Source of the DNA: Vitrella brassicaformis CCMP3155
Taxonomy: Eukaryota > Protista > Chromerida
Assembly (NCBI GenBank): GCA_001179505.1
Contig: CDMY01000984.1
Span: 1-7,260, forward strand
Reading direction: 5' to 3'
DNA length: 7,260 bases
A model generated the notes under the pieces. It saw nothing but the letters and a program-made list of their open reading frames with translations, was not told where the DNA came from and searched no databases. This document shows, one piece after another, positions 1 through 6,943 of the stretch (positions are counted from its first letter, which is position 1; each line of letters starts with the position of its first letter). A program made the position numbers and the translations under genes.

Positions 1-504
1 GCCCACCCCCACCCCTCCCCATCCAACATGGCATTCGGCCCACACGAGGCTGAGGCCATCGGATGGAAGATCGGCGCCTTCCTGTACGAGCCCCCCGCTG
101 CTGTGGCCGCCATCGACCAGTATCTCATCGGCGAGTCGGTGCTGAGGCGCCGCGTGACGGCGGCCGTCACCCACTTCGTCAAGTCGGCGGCCACACAGAC
201 GAGCAGCAACAGGCAGGTGGTGGGCGGGACGCGATACCGGCAGCAGGGCGACAGGCGCGTCAAGGTGACCGTGCCGTCGCTGCAGTGCTTCGCCGTGAGT
301 GGCAGTGGCGGGCAGGTGGTGCTGACGGGTGTGGGTGAGGTGGTGCACCGGGCCCGGCTGGACGAGGCGGCCAGCTGTGGTGTGGATGGAGTGGTCAAGG
401 GCTTCAACGAGCATCTGGGCGATCAGGACTGCCAGTTCGAGTGGAGCCAGCTGGGCCGCATCGACAAGGGAACCGGGATGTTCGTGCCGCTGGGCATCGA
501 GTGA
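1..504 (+). CDS. 3' part (5'-truncated by the window) of a lineage-specific protein, probably the C-terminal domain of the expanded chromerid (Vitrella-type) ankyrin-repeat family
   Basis: Frame 1 is open from base 1 (AHPHPSPSN-MAFGPHEAEAIGWKIGAFLYE...VPLGIE) to TGA at 502-504 with no intron over 504 nt. Motifs IGWKIGAFL, HFVKSAATQTSSNRQVVGG, LQCFAV and RARLDEAA match, from memory, C-termini of Vitrella hypothetical ankyrin-containing proteins. No ankyrin repeat is visible in this fragment, so the family call is recall, not a search result. Confidence 0.7.
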   Translation, partial: AHPHPSPSNMAFGPHEAEAIGWKIGAFLYEPPAAVAAIDQYLIGESVLRRRVTAAVTHFVKSAATQTSSNRQVVGGTRYRQQGDRRVKVTVPSLQCFAVSGSGGQVVLTGVGEVVHRARLDEAASCGVDGVVKGFNEHLGDQDCQFEWSQLGRIDKGTGMFVPLGIE

Positions 505-705
505 GTGAGAGAGGGAGAGGAACTGGCGGGTGGTGGAGTGAGTGGTTGGACGGAGGATGGGGGAGTTGTGTGTGGTTCAGGCAGCTCTTTGAGTTCATTG
601 TGCCGTCATGCGAGAGACTTCATGACTCATTTCAACGTCAATTTTGTTTCAGCTACATTAGAGATGTCCGTGCATCCTCAAGACGGTCTACGCCATGCAA
701 AGCCA

Positions 706-733
706 CATCCATCCATCCATGCATCCATCCATC
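706..733. repeat. Imperfect (CATC)n microsatellite between the convergent 3' ends
   Basis: catccatccatccatgcatccatccatc read directly. Confidence 0.9.
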
Positions 734-856
734 GGCGCAGTCCCACTGCATTGCAGTGCAAATCATCATGATACACGGACCAGAAAATGACGGTCCTCAA
801 AGGGAGAGACGCGTCCATCCCTCCCACAGGCACACAGACACTGACGGGTGGACGGT

Positions 857-2417
857 TCACTCGGATTTCTTCTTCGGCTCGTCGTCTTCGTCGGGTGGGG
901 TGAGGGGAGGCGACGCGCGGCTCTCGGCTGTCGACGGCAGAGACGCCTGCGAGATGGACGGAAGAGAGAGCCAACACAGGCAAGTGCGTGAAGCGGCATC
1001 GTCTGTTTTCTGTGTAGGTGCACTGCCCACGTACCGGCGAGTTATCTGCGTTGGGGTCGAAGGGCTGGGCCGAGTCGATGCTCTCGACAATGAAGTTGTG
1101 GTTCGTGCCGATGTCCATGTCTGTCCAGGCACACACGTGCCATGACGACGCGATGAACGATGACGGATTCATACGCACGAGGCAGCCCCCCTGTGTCTGT
1201 CTGTCTGTCTGTGTTCACCGCTGCGTACCAGCAGCGATGTGCATGGCCTTGAGTGCGATGTCCTTGGCCGGCAGGTCCACCTTGGCATCGATCAACGCAC
1301 GAGCAGCAGCTGCACACACAACATACACACGCGTGTTTGAGAGCACCGACGAATGCCTGGTGGTGACCTCACCGAGAGCGTAGTTGCCGCCAGACCCGAC
1401 ACCTAACACAAGCAGTGGACGGCGGCAGAAAAGCATCTCAGCGTGTTGATCTTTTACATTTCACTCGCTCACCGAGTATGCCGTCATGGCTCTCGAGGAC
1501 GTCGCCGTTCCCCGTCACCTCCAGTGACAGCTTCTCGTCGGCAACTATCATCACCGCCTGCAGCAGTCCCACGCGATGCACGCAGAGGATAGGATGGATT
1601 CATCTCGCTCCGCGCACCTCTAGGTTTCTGAGGTATCGGTCCAGACGCCACGCCTTGGCCAGCTCAACGCAGGCGCGCAACAACTGACCTGATCGATCGA
1701 GGCACAGCAGAAGAAGCACATGAAATGTACGGCATGGCGCTGCGTGCATGTGTTCATCCCTCAGTACCGGGGTACTCTTCGAGTTTGCCCTCCAGCCTGT
1801 CAACAAGCGTCAAACAATCCGCCGTCGCACCTGCAGGCCACAAGACACACAGGCACCAACCACCGTCAAACATGAGCTCGACCGAGCTGCCGTCGACTCG
1901 TACCGACCTGCGAATCCCGCGATGACGTTGCTCTGCAGCTTGCGGAGTTTGCGTGCATTGGGCTTGATGATGGTGTTGCCCTGCGTCACCTGACCATCAC
2001 CAACCATCGCCTGCAGACACGCCACGCCAAGACGAGGCAAGGAGGCAACACGACAAACCAACACACCAACCAGTGCGATCATTATCAGCAGCAGCCTTCA
2101 GCACATCATTCTGTTGGTATCCACGCACCACTTGATTGCCTTTGCGGACGCAGAGGATGGTCGTGGCGTGTCGCGGCTCCAGCGGTCCATGGCCGCCAGA
2201 TCCGGCATGAAACTGGTAGCCCTGAGGCGGATAGCCGTAGCTGGGCCCTCTCCAGTGCGAGTAGCCACGGACACACTGCACACACAGGCAGACAAGACAG
2301 CGAGATCTGCGTGACCTTGTCAGCAAGTGAGATTGTCTTGACGAAGCGACCCACCTGTGAGAGAGGCCGCCCTGCAAGAGAGGTAAAGCTCGTCAGAGGC
2401 TTCATCGCTGTCTTCAT
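857..2417 (-). CDS. hslV: ATP-dependent protease proteolytic subunit HslV (ClpQ), eukaryotic mitochondrial type, about 272 aa precursor
   Basis: Manual splicing, all GT-AG, phases consistent. Exons: 2417-2355, 2275-2129, 2010-1908, 1830-1768, 1688-1618, 1557-1473, 1402-1373, 1309-1229, 1120-1035, 946-857 (819 nt incl. TGA). Product: presequence...PRHA|[171 protein letters not shown] + tail. T1, D17, K33, GFAG, WRxDRxLRxLEA, TGNGDV and [14 protein letters not shown] are diagnostic HslV motifs. The start could instead be 2550 via a 10-nt upstream exon. Confidence 0.95.
1191..1214. repeat. (CTGT)n microsatellite in an hslV intron
   Basis: ctgtgtctgtctgtctgtctgtgt inside intron 1121-1228. Confidence 0.85.
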
Positions 2418-2821
2418 TACTCCGACGCCTGCGAGCTTAGCGAAATGAGGCGGTGTGAAATGGAGTCCCAGTGAGCATTCTGAGGGCAGTGCAGCGTTGC
2501 CTGAGGCCGCGTTGAGCCATTCTGCTGTGGATCGACCCACCTTGACTCATGCGAAGGCTCCCAGTCCACTGCGCACAATGGTACTTGCGGTTATTGAATA
2601 TGACTGAATGACACGCTTCGCTTAAGCTTCAGCTGGATTGATCCCATTCACGCTTGTTCATGGGATTCGCGGCTGAGAAGCGGATTGAATGAGATGGATC
2701 AATTCAGTTGTGAAATGAAGACACGCACAGGCAGGGCACAAGAAAGACATTCACTGACCGTGTCAAGGGCATCAAGCAGACACGCCAGCTATCGAGCAGT
2801 ACGTATGCACACAGGCGGCAT

Positions 2822-5800
2822 CTACGCAGATTGCAGCCGTACCAGCTCCAGCGATATACGTCTGTTCAACCCTTCCTCGTCATCGCCAATCGCCTCGCTG
2901 TCATCGGCCAGTAGCGCGTAATGGTCTCTCTCTGCCTGGTCAATGCACTGCTCGACTACTGAAGGGGAGCCAGGCTCGACATACCCCCCCAGAGAGAGGG
3001 TTGCAGGTCGCACAGCAAAGGCTAACGCCACGCCAGACACCACCTTGTCTGTCGTATGACCATCATGCACCTTGACAGTGAGCGAGGCGATGTGAGGGTA
3101 TCGGGTGCACTCGGGGACGGCTTGCGCCTCTGAGCTGCCCGATGCCCAGGCCGATGCCGTCACATGCACGCTCTTCAGCTTGGCAGTGGGGGGCAGCTGC
3201 GATAGGCAAAACGCTGCCACACCCAGGTTCGACAAACAGCCTAGGCTAAGTTTCGTGAGCCTATCGAATGTCCCCAGCAACGCACCCAGGCCATCAAGCC
3301 CTGTCGCGTCATCAGGCAGCCTCCGACGCCCCCGACCGTCGTCGCCCGTATCGAGGTCGAGGGTGGTGATGTTGGGCAGATGGCGATTGCCACCGGTGGT
3401 GTCGCTCTTGGCTGCCATCCACTGCGGCACACTCGACAACGCCCGGGATGACGACAGGTCCACCATCATGAGACAAGTGGCCTTGGTGAAGACCAGCAGG
3501 CCGGCCCACGACTGGTCCAGAGGCTTCCCGCCACACCACAGAAAGACCTGTTTGTATCCATCCGTGCAGCCAAACAGACAGTGAGCAGGAATCGATGTTT
3601 GTCCCTTTGCAGTCTTGTGTTGGTGCCCTGCTCACGTCGTGGGCCGTGCTGCACATGATTTTGATCATCTTGGCGATGGGGCCAGTGGGTGCAGGAGGCG
3701 AAATGACGAGGTCCCTGGAGCAGTCGATGTCCATCCGACTCGCCTTCCAGTCGATCGTGCACTTGACCGACGCTGCAGACAGACACAACACGACAGAGAT
3801 GCGTAGCATTGCAATCCTCCCGTTTGTCCATTTGTCAGATCGTCCTACCAACTTACCAGCCCAGTCGAGAAAGGCAGGAAGGCTCATGGCATCAGGGTCT
3901 CTGGAATGGAGCAGCTCATGGGTGAAGGGGACGAAGATCCTGCCACTGAACTCCAGGCCGATCCTCTTCTCAACGTCTGCACATAGGCACAGACAGTGCG
4001 GTCAGCCCGCTGTCGGTGGCTCCTCTGTCTGTTCTCGCTCGGTGGCTCACGCACCCTTTAGGCTATCCTTGCTCCAGATTGGGTCGAGAGCACGCTTCAG
4101 CTTGCCCAGCTTGAGGGCGAATTCGTGGCTGCCGTCCATCTCAATTCGGTCCATCTGAACCCACTTGATGTCGATCAGGTGCGGGCATCCCTGAATGAGG
4201 GAGGCGAAATCATCCAGCGAAATCACACTCAGGTACCCGATCGCTGGAAACAAGGAGGAGGGACAGGGGAGTCATCTATTGGTGCAGCAGCCGCATGTGG
4301 GAGGCATGACTGCTCACACAGGGACTTGAGCTTGGGAGCGTGATCCAGGATGTCCTTGACATTACGCTCAAGCCAGTTGGGCATCTTAAGGCGAAGAAGA
4401 GATGGAAACTGCCACCCACGGAAGCTTAACACACACACACACACAGAGGGGATGATCAGTGCATAGCGGTGTGACCATGAAGAGCACTGATACTTACCCA
4501 CGGTGATCTGGCCACGATTTGACGTAAAGGTCCTCCAGCTGTGAGAAGGCCACAGTGGGCGGCGATGTCGGCACGCTGTAGTGATAGCTGAAGGTCTCGC
4601 AGAGCTTCATGCTGGTGATGGTGTCGCGGGAGGCCTCGATGCACTTGAGAGGGAAGGAGAGGCCCTTCCAGTAAGTGCCGATGTGCACCGTCCGCAGCCG
4701 ACCCTGCAGCATACAGGACAGACACACCATAGAATAAAGTCAGCAATGGTCTCTACTTAAGAGTGGTGCGTGACCCACCAGTTTCTGCTTCAGATTGTGG
4801 AGCGTCTCGTCCTCTCTCTGCCGCCTGAGGTCCGCCCCACCCGCCGCCCCCTCCCCGGCCGAGTCGTCCTCTCCCTCTTCCTCTTCATCCTCCTCGTCAT
4901 CTCCATCCTCCTCATTGCTGTCGTCGTCAGAGACGCCGAGGTCCTCACCCCTCCGTCTGGCGTTCCTCCGAGTGTTCCGATGCCACCACTGCCAGTCGTC
5001 CACACCGATGACCAAATGGCGGTACACGCCCCTCGTGTCGTCGGTGACGACCTGCTTCATGGCCTGGTTGACGCGGGAGAGGGGGGCGGCGTCTTTGGTG
5101 GGCAGGAAGGCCAACACAATGTGGGCCACGTCGGGCGGCAGACCGTCCAGACACGGACGACCGAGCTGACCACACACACAGGGGCCCACATGTCGTGTGT
5201 GGATGTTCGGGCTGATTTGGTGTGGCTTGCCTGAGATATTTTGGCGTCTGGTGGGAGGGTTTTGTTGGCGATGGGCCGAGGGAGTGGCGGCTTGGCGACG
5301 CCCACGCTGTCGAGTGTCTTGATGAGACCCCGCAGCATGTCGTGTCGCCACATGACCGACTGATCCAAAGTCTGAAGCTTATTCGACAGGCCCGGCACCT
5401 GCCAACACACACATCAGCACTCACAGACAGAAGGAAAAGTGTGTGTCTGTGTGTGTGTGTGTGTCTGTGTGTCTGTGTGTGTACCTTGTCGGCCAGGGTG
5501 GGCGTGACATTTGGTCGCACCTTTAACAGCACGGCCGCCGTCTGCACCTCGAGCGATTTGATCTTCTTCAACAAGGGGACCAGCCGACAAACATTCGCCT
5601 TGTCGGCCTGATGGAATGAACGAACACACGGGCACACACAGAGCCATCAAGTGTGTCTGTCTGCGTGTGTCGTCCCTGCAGGTGGTTGTGCTGCTGACCC
5701 AGTCTATGACGGGCCGCATTTGTTGGTCCGACGGCTGGCCGCCATCTACAGCTACACCAGTGCTACATCCACCACCTGCATGACGAGAGTGCACCACACA

Positions 5801-5951
5801 ACAAAGGCAGCCGGCAACCAATCAGTGAGTCGGTCTGTTCCCTTCACGGGTCCCTCTTCCCACCTCCAGCAGCAGCAGCAGCAGCTGGCGATGAGTCATA
5901 AGTGTCTACACGAGGCCGCTTGCCGGCATTCTCGTCAGCTCCGCCAGGCAT
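2822..5951 (-). CDS. F-box-like domain protein with C-terminal degenerate leucine-rich/RNI-like repeats, about 775 aa, lineage-expanded family
   Basis: Manual splicing with consistent phases. Exons: 5951-5864, 5775-5699, 5607-5485, 5398-5231, 5165-4779, 4703-4498, 4424-4318, 4243-4055, 3976-3857, 3772-3636, 3547-2822 (2328 nt incl. TAG); introns 65-91 nt. F-box-like LDGLPPDVAHIVLAFLPTKDAAPLSRVNQAMKQVV (5150-5046). LRR-like segments: FSQLEDLYV, FPSLLRLKM, APKLKSLSIG, CPHLIDIKW, LPNITTLDL, FDRLTKLSLG, AKLKSVHV. The C-terminal and middle exons are more certain than the N-terminal ones. Confidence 0.8.
4430..4445. repeat. (CA)8 microsatellite (TG on the sense strand) at the acceptor end of an F-box intron
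   Basis: cacacacacacacaca inside intron 4425-4497. Confidence 0.9.
5439..5482. repeat. (GT)n/(GTCT) compound microsatellite in F-box intron 5399-5484
   Basis: gtgtgtgtctgtgtgtgtgtgtgtgtctgtgtgtctgtgtgtgt read directly. Confidence 0.9.
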
Positions 5952-6364
5952 CGAGCGAACCAACAACAGATCTGTCTGGCGCCTCACGCCTGCAAACCAA
6001 CAACAGATCTGAAGCGATTGCTTCTCTCTCTCTTCTGTTGAATAAACGGGCGACGGCCCTCTTATTCTGTCGCGGTTGGCACCTACCTTCATGAGTTCCT
6101 ATGGATGGAGCAGCAGATGGATGGAGCGTCCAGCAACAAAGCTAGCAGGGGACGTGAGGTTAACGAACGTCCACACCTCCAGCAGCAGCAGCAGCAGCAA
6201 CAGCGGGCGATGAGTCAATATTGTCCACACGAGGCCGCTTGCCGGCATTCTCAGCAGCTCCGCTACACATCTGCAAACCAACAAAAGCGATTGCTTCCCT
6301 CTCTCTTGTTCTGTGCCCGTTGGCACCTACCGCCATGAATTGCTATGGATGTACCAGCAGATGG
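5861..6364. repeat. Diverged direct duplication of the F-box gene 5' module (copy A 5861-6120, copy B 6174-6364)
   Basis: Both copies share, in order: cacctccagcagcagcagcagcag, gcgatgagtca, cacgaggccgcttgccggcattctc, cagctccgc, ctgcaaaccaacaa, aagcgattgcttc, gttggcacctacc, catga.tt.ctatggatg and cagcagatgg. Confidence 0.92.
6177..6336 (-). CDS. Candidate alternative first exon(s) of the F-box gene, or the remnant of a truncated paralogue: MA|MCSGAAENAGKRPRVDNIDSSPAVAAAAAAG
   Basis: ATG GCG (6336-6331), then gtaggt...tttgcag intron (6330-6271), then exon 6270-6177 (94 nt, open) ending in phase 1 at G|gtgtgg. This is the same phase as exon 1 of copy A, so it is compatible with the acceptor at 5776. 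Confidence 0.5.
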
Positions 6365-6543
6365 GTCATGTGAAGCCAAGCTGGGCGCCCGCGCTCGTGA
6401 GGCTTGATCTTGATGACAGCACGTCCCTCTCATTAGACCATTGGCGCCAAGCTCTCATTAGACCATTGGCGCCAAGCTCGCAAATGGTGCCGATCGGGAG
6501 GGAAAAAAGTGAAGCGAAACGGCTCTTTCGCATGTTGTTCCAG
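6365..6543. promoter_or_regulatory. Probable divergent promoter region shared by the F-box gene (-) and the ankyrin-family gene (+)
   Basis: Lies between the outermost minus-strand leader (to about 6364) and the first plus-strand splice donors (6544 or 6557). Contains two TTGGCGCCAA palindromes with overlapping CCAAT on the minus strand, and GGGCGCCC at about 6383-6390. Positional inference only. Confidence 0.45.
6427..6479. repeat. Exact 25-bp tandem repeat (2.1 copies) containing the 10-bp palindrome TTGGCGCCAA
   Basis: ctctcattagaccattggcgccaag at 6427-6451 and 6452-6476, plus ctc. Confidence 0.95.
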
Positions 6544-6943
6544 GTCAGCAGACACCGTAAGGAAGGAAACAAGCGAAAAGACGGAACATGCGTGGCCTCC
6601 CTGCTTGCGCATGCGTGTGTTGTCAGGTGTTGAGCCCTGGGAAGAAGCAAATGGAGAAGCAGCGTTGCGTTTGTCTTGGGAGTCTGATTCACCTGCCGAT
6701 GGTATGCTATGAGGACGAATGAACGAATCAACGATGTGTGATGGAAAAGTAAAAAAAAAGGCGGAGAAGCACACGGGCTGGGATGGCATCTCTGTGTTCT
6801 CACTGCAGGTGTCGTTGGTAGCCTTGTTGTGGCGGCCGTCGACTGACTGACTGACTGACTGACTGACCAGGTACGCCGGCAGCGTTGCACGGAAGTACAC
6901 GCAAGAGGCAAGTGAGTGTGTGGGTCGCTGTTTGTGCGTGCAG
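6544..6943 (+). other. Spliced 5' leader of the downstream gene: three predicted GT-AG introns (6544 or 6557-6626, 6702-6808, 6871-6943)
   Basis: Donors cag|gtcagc or acc|gtaagg, atg|gtatgc and cag|gtacgc. Acceptors gtgtgttgtcag, tctcactgcag and tgtgcgtgcag. Sizes of 70-107 nt match the other introns in the window. The leader exons are not in an open frame with the CDS. Confidence 0.55.
6841..6867. repeat. (GACT)6-7 tetranucleotide repeat in a predicted 5'-UTR exon
   Basis: gactgactgactgactgactgactgac read directly. Confidence 0.95.

Noticed and set aside
441-1145. 234-aa plus-strand ORF and overlapping minus ORFs (678-1178, 857-1132)
   Set aside because: They run through microsatellites and are antisense to, or unspliced read-throughs of, hslV exons 9-10; no coherent protein features.
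857-2417. Bacterial-style hslUV operon or recent horizontal transfer
   Set aside because: The gene has nine spliceosomal introns and a presequence, and no hslU is in the window. Nuclear-encoded mitochondrial HslV is established in apicomplexans and kinetoplastids.
3105-4158. Plus-strand ORFs 3105-3584 and 3595-4158, and minus ORF 3312-3887 as separate genes
   Set aside because: The plus ORFs are antisense shadows of GC-rich F-box exons. The minus ORF is exons 9-10 read through introns and out of frame into exon 11.
4770-5234. Plus-strand ORF with a hydrophobic, transmembrane-like stretch (VVLSLFLFILLVISILLIAVVV)
   Set aside because: It is the reverse complement of the GAG/GAC acidic tract of F-box exon 5; antisense of D/E codons gives L/V/F/I by code symmetry.
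5651-6094. Apparent antisense spliced gene (acceptor ctgcag at 5681, donor gtgagt at 5825, poly-Q ORF)
   Set aside because: The gtgagt is the reverse complement of actcac, a plausible branch point of the sense intron. The TG-rich acceptor is the mirror of the AC-rich intron half, and poly-Q is the complement of the poly-Ala codons. An antisense RNA cannot be fully excluded without stranded RNA-seq.
6427-6479. CRISPR-like palindromic repeat
   Set aside because: The two units are directly adjacent with no spacer, there are no cas genes, and the context is eukaryotic.
6608-6615. CGCATGCG palindrome resembling the ApiAP2 GCATGC core
   Set aside because: It is a single short hit inside a predicted intron, expected by chance at this GC content.
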